A stretch of DNA of 64,000 bases from Gemmatimonadaceae bacterium (GTDB lineage Bacteria > Gemmatimonadota > Gemmatimonadetes > Gemmatimonadales > Gemmatimonadaceae): positions 736,001 through 800,000 of the forward strand of contig JBJMOW010000004.1 in assembly GCA_045803545.1 (NCBI GenBank), in the 5' to 3' direction. The translations under genes were made by a program, and so were the position numbers. Shown in pieces: positions 20,032-30,374 of the stretch. A model generated the notes under the pieces. That model saw nothing but the letters and a program-made list of their open reading frames with translations, was not told the origin of the DNA and did not search any database. How positions within the stretch are numbered: the stretch's first letter is position 1; every line of letters begins with the position of its first letter.

Positions 20032-20291
20032 TCAGACCTCATGGTGCGCGCGTCCTTGAGTGCCTTTTTCGCCGCGTATAGTTAGTTGGAAACCAGACCG
20101 GTAGATAGACCCGGATCGGCGCGCCGCGTAAAGAATATTCAACAGTTCGGGGGACGGAGATCGTATCGATGTCAGTACTGAAGCGATGACTCGTCTACGG
20201 ATGGTGCCGACGTGGCGGATGATCGTTGACAAGACTGAGGGTTCGCTTGGCAGCCTGGTCGCGTTACATTGAAGTCGCTGGTAAGCCTTAG

Positions 20292-20672
20292 ATGCGGATG
20301 ATGATCTCGCAGAGAAGACGTTTTTCCACTAAAGCCCGTCTCTGGATTTTTCTCGCTGGTTTCAGCCAGGCAGCAATGCCGGCAGTCACCAGCGTCGTCG
20401 ACGCGTTGCCCAGTGCCGCATCCGCGACGGCCGCGATTCGACCGCACATCGAGTCACATGGCTCGCCCAAGTGCCCGCGAGTGCACCAGGAAGACAATTG
20501 CGCACTGTGCCAATTCGTTAGAGGTGCAGTCGCTGTCACGCCGCCGCACGCGCCCAGTCCGGTCGCGAATGTCCGCTATACAGACGTCAAAGCGTCGCTC
20601 GAGCAGCAACCGCCTGCGGCTGCTTTTGAAGTCACACCCAGCCTACCCCGAGCTCCACCGGTAACCGCGTAG
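20292..20672 (+). CDS. DUF2946-like leader protein (TM, His, CxxC, C-terminal RAPP)
   Basis: Hydrophobic N-terminus; HIESH...C..VH...CALC; ends PRAPPVTA; precedes a TonB receptor. Confidence 0.8.
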   Translation: MRMMISQRRRFSTKARLWIFLAGFSQAAMPAVTSVVDALPSAASATAAIRPHIESHGSPKCPRVHQEDNCALCQFVRGAVAVTPPHAPSPVANVRYTDVKASLEQQPPAAAFEVTPSLPRAPPVTA

Positions 20673-20759
20673 TCGGCTAGAGGCCACAGGGCCTCGCCGT
20701 ATTTCCGTTCCGCCGCTCGAAAAAGGCGGACGAACTACGTCAATCTTACCGAGGAGATC

Positions 20760-23144
20760 ATGTCATTCGCACAATCGCGCATGGGCGTGCCCATCGCGCG
20801 TGCATTTCTTGTAGCTGCGGCAATGGTGTTGACACTGACTGAACCAGCGAGCGCGCGGGTAGCGCGCCGGGTCAACGCCGATGTGACCGGAGTGGTCACA
20901 GATTCGGCCAGCGGCCAGCCCCTTCCGTCAGCCGAAATCAGCGTCATGCAGGGATCGCAGGTCATCGCCAACGCATCGACCGACGCGTTTGGCCGTTACA
21001 CCGCGCACAACATCGCGCCCGGTACCTACGATATCACGGCGCGCTTTCTCGGATTCGGCCCACGGACAAAGTCGATTACGATCGGCGATGCCACCGGCGA
21101 TCTCAGAGTCGATTTCGGGCTCACCGCGATCGCAATCGCCTTGCAGGGCGTCACGGTCACCGCCTCAGTACCTCTGGCGGTCGACACCCGCAGTGGCGAT
21201 CAGCGCTTCAAGCAGGACCAGTATCACGGCGCTCCGACGCAAACCACGTCGCAGATCCTGCAACAATCAATCGCCGGAGCCGCGCGCGCTCCGACCGGCG
21301 AAGTCCATATTCGTGGCCAACACGCCGAATACACCTATTACGTCGATGGAGTCCCAGTTCCGGCCGGAATATCGGGAAGCCTCAATGAATTATTCGATCC
21401 GTCAGTCGTAAACGAAATCGATTTCAAGACGGGCGGCTGGGATGCTGAATATGGAAACAAGAATGCCGCGGTAGTCGACATCACGACACGAATTCCGACT
21501 GGTGGACTTCACTATCAGGTCTCTGGCTTTGCCGGCAATTACAACACTTACGGGCAGGGACTAACCGCAAGCACCAACGCGGGGAAGCTCGGCTACTTCT
21601 TCTCCGGATCGCACCAGACGACGGATATGCGACGTGAGCCTGTCATTCTCGATCCGACTTCGAACGAAATCGAGAACTTCCACAATCACGGCGAAGACTG
21701 GTTCGGATTCGGCAAGATCCAGTTTACGCCAGGCCTGAACGACGTCGTAAACCTCGAAGGAAATCTGTCGCAGACGAAGTTCCAGGTGCCGTTTGACACG
21801 ACGGGTAATACGCAAGCTGACGACAGGCAACGCGACGTCAACAGCTTCCTCAACCTCGGCTGGCGGCATCAATTTGCCGGGCCCGAGTATTCAGGCGGTG
21901 GCAGCGCCGCGAACGCAGGCGCGGCACCGGAGCTCTTCGCCGGACTTTTCTATCGCCACGGGAGTCTGACCTACACGCCCGGTACAAACGATGACCCGCA
22001 ATTCGTTTTCTTCCCCGATACCACGCATCGCAACATCAGCGAGGTGCGCGACTTCAACACCTACGGGTTGAAGGCTGATTATTCGATCCACCCAGCGCAC
22101 GAGCTCGAGTTCAAGTTTGGTACGCTCTCCAGCCTGACCCGCGGACAGGAGGACTTCTCGACGTTCGACGTCACCGGCGCCCGCGGACCCGGATCGAATT
22201 CGGCACTCAAGGGCTGGGACGCCAGCGGCTATGCACAGGTGGCGTACTCCCCGATCGAGCGATTCGAGATACGCACCGGCGTGCGCTACGACGCACACAA
22301 TGCGCCGTTTGCCGGGACGCAAACCCAGGTGAGCCCGCGAATCCGGCTCAACTTTTTCCCTAATACAGCAAATACGCTCTACCTCTATTACGGGCGGCTG
22401 TTCCTGCCGACGAACGTCGAAGACCTGCGCGCGATCACGAGCGTCGCCCAGGGCAATACCGCTACGACGCCGACGCTGCCGGAACGTGATCACTTCTATG
22501 AGGCGGGACTGCTACACCGCTTCCCGTTCGGCCTGGTCTCGAAGTTTTCCGGCTACTACAAGCAAAGCACTCCGGGCATCGACGACAATACGGTTCCGGG
22601 CTCGGCGATCGTCACTTCGGTGAACATCGCCAAAGTGAAGATTACGGGCATTGAAACGGTCCAGGAAATCCGGCCCCCCGGCCCGTTCTCCGCGTATCTG
22701 AACGCAGCGCTGAACCACGCCTACGGTATCGGTCCGATAACGGGCGGATTCTTCCCAACCGACGAGCCTCAGGGCTTCTTCGATCTCGATCACGATCAGA
22801 GACTGAGCATAGTCGGCTCCGGCACCTACTCTCTGTCGCGTAGTTATCTGAGTCTGACCGGAACTTACGGCTCCGGCCTGACGAACGGCGTCGATCCAGC
22901 CGACTGCGACTGCGCCTACGGAACAGGATTGTTCGATTTCAATCGCGGCATCAAGGTGAAGCCCAGCTTCATCGTGAACGCGAGCGCAGGGACCTCCTTC
23001 TCGTTCGGGCGCGCGCTGGTGCGACCCGAGTTTTACATCGACAACATCTTCGACAAGAAGTACCTGCTCAAGGGCGCCTTCTTCAGCGGTGCGTCGGTCG
23101 GACGTCCGCGCATGTTCCAGTTCCGACTCAACATCGCCCAGTAA
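20760..23144 (+). CDS. TonB-dependent receptor with N-terminal carboxypeptidase-regulatory-like domain
   Basis: VTGVVTD, YYVDGVP plug, GVRYD, GRPRMFQFRLNI C-terminus; GAGGAG RBS. Confidence 0.92.
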   Translation: MSFAQSRMGVPIARAFLVAAAMVLTLTEPASARVARRVNADVTGVVTDSASGQPLPSAEISVMQGSQVIANASTDAFGRYTAHNIAPGTYDITARFLGFGPRTKSITIGDATGDLRVDFGLTAIAIALQGVTVTASVPLAVDTRSGDQRFKQDQYHGAPTQTTSQILQQSIAGAARAPTGEVHIRGQHAEYTYYVDGVPVPAGISGSLNELFDPSVVNEIDFKTGGWDAEYGNKNAAVVDITTRIPTGGLHYQVSGFAGNYNTYGQGLTASTNAGKLGYFFSGSHQTTDMRREPVILDPTSNEIENFHNHGEDWFGFGKIQFTPGLNDVVNLEGNLSQTKFQVPFDTTGNTQADDRQRDVNSFLNLGWRHQFAGPEYSGGGSAANAGAAPELFAGLFYRHGSLTYTPGTNDDPQFVFFPDTTHRNISEVRDFNTYGLKADYSIHPAHELEFKFGTLSSLTRGQEDFSTFDVTGARGPGSNSALKGWDASGYAQVAYSPIERFEIRTGVRYDAHNAPFAGTQTQVSPRIRLNFFPNTANTLYLYYGRLFLPTNVEDLRAITSVAQGNTATTPTLPERDHFYEAGLLHRFPFGLVSKFSGYYKQSTPGIDDNTVPGSAIVTSVNIAKVKITGIETVQEIRPPGPFSAYLNAALNHAYGIGPITGGFFPTDEPQGFFDLDHDQRLSIVGSGTYSLSRSYLSLTGTYGSGLTNGVDPADCDCAYGTGLFDFNRGIKVKPSFIVNASAGTSFSFGRALVRPEFYIDNIFDKKYLLKGAFFSGASVGRPRMFQFRLNIAQ

Positions 23145-23198
23145 ATGAGACGTTTTCCGAAGTGCGCATTGCCGCGCCGCAGAGTGTCTGGAGGAATT

Positions 23199-24956
23199 AT
23201 GTCCATGAAGCAAACTACATCGCTGCTGCTCATGGTTGCCGCTGCCGCCTGTCACAGCAGCGATGGTACGGCTCCAGTTCCGCAACCGAACGATATTAGT
23301 GACATGAACGTCGGGGAGGTTCGCGTGCTCACACCAGGCGAGATCCCCAATGGTATCCATCTTTCGGCGACATCGTCGGCGCGTGATTACGTAATCATTG
23401 TCGGCAACACCAATCCGACCATTGATGTCGTCGCCAATTTCCTGGTGCGTGCGGATCAGTCCGCGGGTGAATCCGCGAACATCGCCGCGAACAAATCACT
23501 CGATGCCCGGCTCGATGTTTCGAGCCGGGCCATCACCTCGTTGACGTCTCGGCAACAGGCATTCGATGCGCAGGTGCGGGGATTCGAGCGACGCAATTTG
23601 TCTCTCCACGCAAAGTCGGGCGCATTTGGAGCCGCACGGGTCTCGGCCAGTCGAAGCGTTGCCGTCGCGACAACGCCAGCTCCGGGGGACGTGATCAGCG
23701 TCGATGTTCCTGATGGCAGCAGCAACGACCTGTGCGCCAACTTTTTTCAGACCCAGGCGGTTGTGGCGTCGGTCAGTCGCCGAGCGATACTCGCTGTCGA
23801 CACGCTCGATGGTCCGCCGACAACCCTGTTTCCACAGACCGTTCTCGACTCGATCACCCAGGAGTTCGATAACAATACCTTCGTCACCGACAGCTCTTAC
23901 TTTGGGAATCCGAGTGACGTCGACGGCAACGGTCGTGTCATCCTGCTTTTCACCGGTGAGGTCAACAAGCTGACGCCCGCGAACTCAAATGGTGGATTCG
24001 TCGGTGGGTTCTTCTTCGCGGGGGACTATTTCCCGCGTACGGGGCCGCAGGGTCAGTCCTGCGCGGAGAGCAACAACGCGGAGATCGTGTATCTGCTGTC
24101 GCCGGACCCAACGGGAAAGTACGGCAACGTGCGCGATGCATCGGAGGTGCGACAGGGAACGCGCGGCACGATTCCACACGAAGTCGAGCACATGATCAAC
24201 GCCGGCAATCGGTTCTTCAATCCCGCCGCCACGGCTTTCGAGGAGAACTGGCTCGACGAATCGCTGGCGCATATTGCCGAGGAAGCGGTTGGTCGTGTGT
24301 CACGGGGATTCGGTGATCTTCAGTTGCTGACGATCCAGGATATGCTGCCCAATGGAAACCGGGCAGCGGCCGACGATTTCAACGCGTTCTTCTTCGAAAA
24401 TTTTGCGCGGTTGTCGTATTGGATGGAGAAACCGGATACCTCGTCGGGGATCAGCTCCAACTCGGATGCGAATCTTTCCTCGAGCGGCGCCGACTGGGCG
24501 ATCGGGCGCTACGCCGCCGACAATTACTCCAACGGAGACGTACGAAATTTCACGCGAAAGCTGGCGGCTGGTCCTGAAAACGGAATCAAGAATTTCACCG
24601 ACGTTGCCGGCGCGCCGTTCGATTCGTTGATGGCAGGTTGGCTGGTGTCGATGTTTGCGGACCACGACGGCATCAGCGGTCTCGATCCGAAGTATCAGTA
24701 CCGGTCCTACAACTTCCGCAACATCATGCCGCCGGTTGCCGCGTCAGTCCTCAGCAACGGCGGTGCGTATCCGCTGGAGCTGATTCCGATTGCCAGCGGC
24801 TCCAACGTGTCGACGGAGGTGAAATCCGGAGATGGCGTCTACTTCCATCTCACCGTCTCAGCCAACTCCGGAGCGAAGAATGTGAAGATTCTGGATCCGA
24901 GCGGCGGGGAAGCATCATTTGTGGGCGCCCACGTCTATGTGCTGCGGGTGGACTAA
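23199..24956 (+). CDS. Lipoprotein, putative zinc metallopeptidase (M30-like)
   Basis: Lipobox AAAAC; DVDGNG; HEVEH plus WLDESLAH. Confidence 0.72.
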   Translation: MSMKQTTSLLLMVAAAACHSSDGTAPVPQPNDISDMNVGEVRVLTPGEIPNGIHLSATSSARDYVIIVGNTNPTIDVVANFLVRADQSAGESANIAANKSLDARLDVSSRAITSLTSRQQAFDAQVRGFERRNLSLHAKSGAFGAARVSASRSVAVATTPAPGDVISVDVPDGSSNDLCANFFQTQAVVASVSRRAILAVDTLDGPPTTLFPQTVLDSITQEFDNNTFVTDSSYFGNPSDVDGNGRVILLFTGEVNKLTPANSNGGFVGGFFFAGDYFPRTGPQGQSCAESNNAEIVYLLSPDPTGKYGNVRDASEVRQGTRGTIPHEVEHMINAGNRFFNPAATAFEENWLDESLAHIAEEAVGRVSRGFGDLQLLTIQDMLPNGNRAAADDFNAFFFENFARLSYWMEKPDTSSGISSNSDANLSSSGADWAIGRYAADNYSNGDVRNFTRKLAAGPENGIKNFTDVAGAPFDSLMAGWLVSMFADHDGISGLDPKYQYRSYNFRNIMPPVAASVLSNGGAYPLELIPIASGSNVSTEVKSGDGVYFHLTVSANSGAKNVKILDPSGGEASFVGAHVYVLRVD

Positions 24957-24972
24957 GCCCCGCTTGCACTGA

Positions 24973-25446
24973 TCACAGGATCTCGTCGATTTGGTGCACT
25001 GCCCCGGGGGGCCGAGTTTCGCCTATCCCGATGCTGATGATGCGATTCAGGAATCCGTATGCTTCGGCCGAAGTCTCGAATTTCGGCACTGTTCGAAAGT
25101 AGTAACGCGCGGGATCGACGAGCTCTCCACGGCTAAAGGCGGTGATCACTTCAGGCGGGGCGTTACGCAGACCCTGAAAGGTCATATAGATCAGCGCATG
25201 ATCGTCCGTCTCCAGCGTTATGCGCAGATCCAACTCCATTACGCCGTCGGAGCGCAGCAACAGCCAGTCGCCTCCTCCCGGCAGAACCTTTCCGCGGAGC
25301 CGCGCGCCTTCGAAGTCACCTCCCGCGACCGGCACGAAGCTGCGAACGCCATAGGGTACCGCACCGAACTTTTGCAGAGGAGCGGCGATGATTTTCACCG
25401 TCATGAGTGGTCGTGAGGTGATGACCTCGGCTTCGAACGTGGCCAT
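24973..25446 (-). CDS. DUF3237 family protein
   Basis: GKVLPGGGDW, YYFRTVPKFET. Confidence 0.88.
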   Translation of the reverse strand: MATFEAEVITSRPLMTVKIIAAPLQKFGAVPYGVRSFVPVAGGDFEGARLRGKVLPGGGDWLLLRSDGVMELDLRITLETDDHALIYMTFQGLRNAPPEVITAFSRGELVDPARYYFRTVPKFETSAEAYGFLNRIISIGIGETRPPGAVHQIDEIL

Positions 25447-25448
25447 GG

Positions 25449-25898
25449 CTACAGGATCTCGTTGATCGTGTAAATCGGCCCGGTCGCGCGGCGATCGCCG
25501 GACGCGACAGCGATCAAACTGTTCAGGAACGCATAGGATGGTGCGCTCGTTTCAAATCGCGGCGCGGTGCGGAAGTAGTACTTCGACGGATCGACGGACT
25601 CGCCTGTGCCGAGCGCCGCCAATATCTCAGGCGGGCCATGACGGAGCCCGAAGGACGTCATGTTGATCAAGGCGCCGTCGTCGGTCTCGAGCGTGATGCG
25701 CAGATCGAGCTCGAGAACGGCGTCGGACCGCGAGAGTGTCCAGTCACCTCCGCCCGGCAAGACCTTGCCGCGCAGGCGGGGCCCTTCGAAGGTACCGCCT
25801 GTGATGGGCGCGATGACGCGCGTTCCATGGGGCACAGCGCCGAGCTTTTGAAGCGGCGCGACGACAACCTGGAGCATCATCAGCAGGCGTGAGGTCAT
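25449..25898 (-). CDS. DUF3237 family protein (tandem paralog)
   Basis: GKVLPGGGDW, YYFRTAPRFET. Confidence 0.88.
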   Translation of the reverse strand: MTSRLLMMLQVVVAPLQKLGAVPHGTRVIAPITGGTFEGPRLRGKVLPGGGDWTLSRSDAVLELDLRITLETDDGALINMTSFGLRHGPPEILAALGTGESVDPSKYYFRTAPRFETSAPSYAFLNSLIAVASGDRRATGPIYTINEIL

Positions 25899-25959
25899 AC
25901 CATAAGAAGGATACCTTGCCAACGCCAAAACTGAATCCGTAAGGGTCAGGTCCTAACGT

Positions 25960-26848
25960 CTAAAAGCGCTGCAGATCCTCGGCGATGACAACCTGCCCAT
26001 GGTAGTTACGACGAATGTTCGCGAGCACCTCCTCCGACGACTCTCGGCGGGTGTTGTGCGAGACGATCAGCAGTTTTGGTCTTGCTCGCGCCGCCACTTC
26101 GCCAAGCTGTATCGATGTTGTGTGATGCTCGGCGATGTACTTCGCCCAATCGACGTTAGGTCGATTACCCGACTGTACTTGTCCGGAAGGTATGACTTCG
26201 TGAATCAGTACATCGACTCCCGTCGCCATCCTGATCAGTGTCTCGCTCGGCCGCGTGTCGCCGGAAATGACGATGCTTCTGGTTGGCGTGTCGATCCGGT
26301 AGCCGAAAGCCTGCAACCGGCCGTGCTCCACCCGGAATGCAGTGACGCGGACGCCGCCACTATCGTAAACGACCCCGGGCGCGATCTCACGTGCATTGAC
26401 GCGATAACCTCCGGCAACGCCGTAATCGATTTCGCGTGTCTCGATGTCGACGGCGAATGCCTGATAAAGATGCTCGAGCATCGCTTTAGTGCCGGTGGGT
26501 CCGTACACCGGGAACGGTCGGTCGCGACCGAAGCTCCACGATGTGAATACAAGGTCGCCGAGCCCGAGAATGTGATCGCTGCAAATGCGTCAAAAAGAGC
26601 GCATCCACGCCGTTAACTGGAAGATGCGCCGCTGCGAGTCGGCGCTCCACACCCGTACCGGCGTCGAAAAGAAAAACGCGCTGTCCGACCACCACCGCCG
26701 TCGCAGGGCCCATGACGGCGGGAAGTGGCCGCGGTGTGCCGGTGCCGAGGGTAATGATTGTCGTGGAATCGGCCGCCGATGGGATTGGCCGTGACTGCGC
26801 AGCGAGAACCGGACAGCATGCGGCGAGGGCGAACGCAACAATGCGCAT
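25960..26848 (-). pseudogene. Frameshifted secreted MBL-fold hydrolase (RNase Z/arylsulfatase-like)
   Basis: N-half TLGTGTP...FDAG...FLTHL and C-half SDHILGL...ISGDT...LIHEV...HT are in different frames; shift near 26580. Confidence 0.8.
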
Positions 26849-26883
26849 ACGGAAGTCTCCGATTGAGGAATAGACCAGATCAG

Positions 26884-28329
26884 TTATCTCAGTAGCGCTG
26901 GCAGCAGATCCTTTGACATGATCGACATCGCCGGCGACTGGGTGTTGTAGTTGCCGCCAGTCAGCACGACAATGAGGTCGAGGGAGGGAACGAGGTAGAT
27001 CTTCTGACCTCCATTTCCCGTGGCGACGATCATGTCCACACGCCGCGGCCCGCTCGGCGTCGATGCCATCACCCACTGATGCCACCAGAAGTATCCGTAT
27101 TTCTGGTCTCCGACGGTCGACCACTCACCTGTGGACCGTGCAACCCAGTTGCGTGAGATGACCTGTCGGCCTTTCCAGTTACCGTGCTGCTGGAAGAGAA
27201 TTCCGAGCTTGAGCATGTCGCGCGGACGCAGATAGAGCTGCGCGAAGGTCGCCGCGTTCGAGGCAGAGAGCGTGTAGTTCCAACGAACATCAGAGGCGCG
27301 GATGCCGAGCGGAGCGAAAAGATTCTGCTGCGCAAACGCGGGCAGGGGCTCGCCGGTCGCTCGCTCAACGATGCGTCCCGCCACTGCCACGTTACCAGAG
27401 CAATAGCTGCCGTGTGTTCCGGGTTGCGTCGCCATCGGAAGATCGAGCACGAATTTCACCCAGTCTTCCGATTGGTAAACGCGGGATTCGTTGCCCGGCG
27501 ATGCGTCGTTCCAGTCATCGCAGGCGAGGCCGGATTGCATCGTCAGCAGATCGCGAAGCGTCAGCGCATTCTTACGAGGGTCCGGATTCGCGTAACTGGC
27601 GTAAGGGAGGCGCTTCGTTACCAGCTCATTCTCGCTCGTGAGCGCGCCACGATCGATGGCGATCCCGACCAGCGCTGACACCACGCTCTTGGTTGCGGAC
27701 CGCATCTGGTGCGGGCGGTCGCGGTTGTATCCATAGAAATATTCTTCAAAGACCAGCTTTCCAGCGCGATAGACGAGAACGCTATGCACATCTGGATAGC
27801 TGCGATCCACGACGCTCCGCACGATGTGGGCAAGGCCGGCGGTATCGAATCCCGCCTGCCTGGCGTCGCCAACTATGAGGCCGTCGCCGAGGTCGGCGGG
27901 AATCGCGTAGCTATAAATCTTCGGGCGGCCATCGTTGCCGAGCGGCCGCGGTGCCGCGCGTACGTCGGCGGCGACGACCGGATCGATCTTCGATGTTCGA
28001 CGCCGAAAGAACACCGTGCGCTCGACGAAGCCTGAGACTGCTCCGTCGGCTTCGCGCCGAAACGGTATGGTGTCGCCACCCGCGTTCAGAAAGCGGTCAC
28101 CACCGATAGCGCGCAACGGATATTTCGCTTCGTCGATGACAGCAAACAGGTTGGTGTCGGCTGCAACGATCATGAGACTCGTGCGGCCATGATAATCGTA
28201 GACTCCCTCGTAGTCGGTGAGAGAGGCCTTCGGACTTCTGTCGAGTGACGGTTGTGAAATACCGCTGGTGCCCTGAGCGGTCATCGATGATGCAACCGCC
28301 ATGGAAAGCACGAATATCGACCTATGCAC
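26884..28329 (-). CDS. Serine hydrolase (beta-lactamase class C-like)
   Basis: SATK, LLTMQSG, YCS, ATGNGGQ; start approximate. Confidence 0.88.
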   Translation of the reverse strand: MHRSIFVLSMAVASSMTAQGTSGISQPSLDRSPKASLTDYEGVYDYHGRTSLMIVAADTNLFAVIDEAKYPLRAIGGDRFLNAGGDTIPFRREADGAVSGFVERTVFFRRRTSKIDPVVAADVRAAPRPLGNDGRPKIYSYAIPADLGDGLIVGDARQAGFDTAGLAHIVRSVVDRSYPDVHSVLVYRAGKLVFEEYFYGYNRDRPHQMRSATKSVVSALVGIAIDRGALTSENELVTKRLPYASYANPDPRKNALTLRDLLTMQSGLACDDWNDASPGNESRVYQSEDWVKFVLDLPMATQPGTHGSYCSGNVAVAGRIVERATGEPLPAFAQQNLFAPLGIRASDVRWNYTLSASNAATFAQLYLRPRDMLKLGILFQQHGNWKGRQVISRNWVARSTGEWSTVGDQKYGYFWWHQWVMASTPSGPRRVDMIVATGNGGQKIYLVPSLDLIVVLTGGNYNTQSPAMSIMSKDLLPALLR

Positions 28330-28552
28330 CGATGAGTATCGCTCGTGGAGACATCCGGAGAATGTCCCTCGGCGCCGGCTCGCCGTCAACGCCGACAGGC
28401 AGTCGTTCCACGGACGCCGTCGCTCGGCCAGATTAACGCCGCGTCCATCGACGGCCTCCGCACGTCCGGCTCGTTTTGGGAAGTGCTCAGTGGTATGCTT
28501 TGTCGGCTGATTTCCGCAGCGTTGCATCTACCTTCACCAAAGGACAACCAGT

Positions 28553-29062
28553 ATGCTTTCCGGATCTGTGCTTCGCTCAGCGACGACACTACGGCACCTG
28601 GGGATGTTCGCGTTCGTGTCCGTGCTGGCAGCGTGTGCGGCGAAAGCGAAATTCGATCCCGCCGCGGAGTCAGCCAAACTCCTCCGACGCGACGCGGAGT
28701 GGGCTGACCTCGCGTCGGCCGGAAAGAACGTCGACAGCATCGTCTCATACTGGAGTGAGGATGCTGTGGTGCTGGAGCCGGGCCAACCGGCGGTCGAGGG
28801 CAAAGCGGCGATTCGGAAGTACGTCGCCGAGAGTCTCAAGACGCCCGGCTTCAAGATTCACTGGGTGTCCGAGAAGCCAACGTTTTCGCCCGACGGCAAG
28901 TTTGCCTACATGCGCGGCACCGACGAGATGACAGTGCCGGGGCCTCAGGGTAAGCCGATCACGCTTCACCTTCGTGGCTACTCTATCTGGCGCCTCGAGC
29001 CGGATGGCCAATGGCGTTGTGTGGTGGACATCGCCAATGAGGCGCCGGCGCCAGCCGCCTGA
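28553..29062 (+). CDS. NTF2-like DUF4440/YybH lipoprotein
   Basis: Lipobox LAAC; IWRLEPDGQWR. Confidence 0.8.
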   Translation: MLSGSVLRSATTLRHLGMFAFVSVLAACAAKAKFDPAAESAKLLRRDAEWADLASAGKNVDSIVSYWSEDAVVLEPGQPAVEGKAAIRKYVAESLKTPGFKIHWVSEKPTFSPDGKFAYMRGTDEMTVPGPQGKPITLHLRGYSIWRLEPDGQWRCVVDIANEAPAPAA

Positions 29063-29116
29063 GATTGCCAGCGCGTGTCCTGCGCGCCGATGACGACTGT
29101 GAAAGACGTTAGGCGC

Positions 29117-30148
29117 TCATCGAGCGATGAACGCGCGAGTGGCAACGGCGACCCGCCTCTGCTCGCAAAAGATCATGATGTGACCGCACCTGCTGGCGAT
29201 CGACAAGGTGTCCGCGCGCACCAATTTCGCGAACTCAGCCATCGCGTCGGGCGTTACCATATGGTCGTCCCAGGAATAGACAGCGAGCATTGGCGCCCGC
29301 ACTCTCGCCGCTGCTCGCCGGATGTCTCCGTAATCGCCGGCAAGGTCATACCGCCTTAGGGCGGCAATCTGTGCAGCATAGTCGTCCAGGTCCCACGTCT
29401 GGTAGTTGCTTGCGTTCCCTGCGATGTCATGTGCAACGCTGTCCGTACCCCGCGCGTCGAGCCCGAGTGGCGTCACGATGAACAGCATTTCAGTGCGAGC
29501 GAGTCGCGGCCACAGGGAGTCGGGAGGTATGCGAGCTCGTCGCCCATCAGCGATTTGCTCGAGCATCGCGGTCAGGGCTAACCGATTGAAGGTCCCAACG
29601 CGCGGCGTTCCGGCGATCGGTATCGTCTTGTCGATGAATGTGGGATATCGAACCGCCCATTCGATAGCTTGCATTCCGCCCATCGAAAACCCAATGACGG
29701 CTCGCAGATGACGGATACCGAGCCTCTCCGTCAGCATACGATACTGCGCCTCAACCATATCACCGATTGTGAGATCGTCGAACGCCGAGCGGGCGGTAGG
29801 AGCGGTGTTCGATGGCGATGAGGAGCGTCCGTCCGCGAGTGCGTCCACTACCATTACATAGAAGCGCGTCGTGTCGACGAGTGCGTCCGTGGTGAGAAAT
29901 GAGTGCCAATCTTCCGAGCGGCCGAGCAGCCAGGTCGGAATAAGCACGACGTTATCCCGCGCCGCATTCAATTTTCCGTAAGCGCGATACGCGACGCGGC
30001 AATCTGGTACGACTGCGCCGCTACTAAAGCGACAGTCGCCGACGGATACAACGGTGACGGCCGGGACCTGCGCTCGGACTGTCCACGGCACGAACGCGCT
30101 CGCGAGCGGAGCGACGAAGCCAGCGAGCACCGCGATTCGTTTGCACAT
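29117..30148 (-). CDS. Alpha/beta hydrolase, MetX (homoserine acyltransferase)-like, with signal peptide
   Basis: YGKLNAARDNVVL, GFSMGGMQA, C-terminal GH. Confidence 0.85.
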   Translation of the reverse strand: MCKRIAVLAGFVAPLASAFVPWTVRAQVPAVTVVSVGDCRFSSGAVVPDCRVAYRAYGKLNAARDNVVLIPTWLLGRSEDWHSFLTTDALVDTTRFYVMVVDALADGRSSSPSNTAPTARSAFDDLTIGDMVEAQYRMLTERLGIRHLRAVIGFSMGGMQAIEWAVRYPTFIDKTIPIAGTPRVGTFNRLALTAMLEQIADGRRARIPPDSLWPRLARTEMLFIVTPLGLDARGTDSVAHDIAGNASNYQTWDLDDYAAQIAALRRYDLAGDYGDIRRAAARVRAPMLAVYSWDDHMVTPDAMAEFAKLVRADTLSIASRCGHIMIFCEQRRVAVATRAFIAR

Positions 30149-30374
30149 AGCAGGTAACTTCGGCGACCGGACCTTCAGTAACTACTACCTGCTATCGCGC
30201 CGCGCCAGACCAGTGGGCTAATTCTGCCCGTAGGCCAGAGCACGAATGGGGACCCGCTCGACGTTAATTCACTTCCAGCAGTGCCACCATTCCCAGCGTC
30301 CAAGATGTAGGGTGTTGCCGTTCGCCGTCGGAGACGTCCTCCCTTCGACGTTTCCTCTAGTCAGCAAGGATCTC

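Noticed and set aside
20032..20232. 66-aa minus ORF between the esterase and the leader gene
   Set aside because: No recognisable motif or RBS
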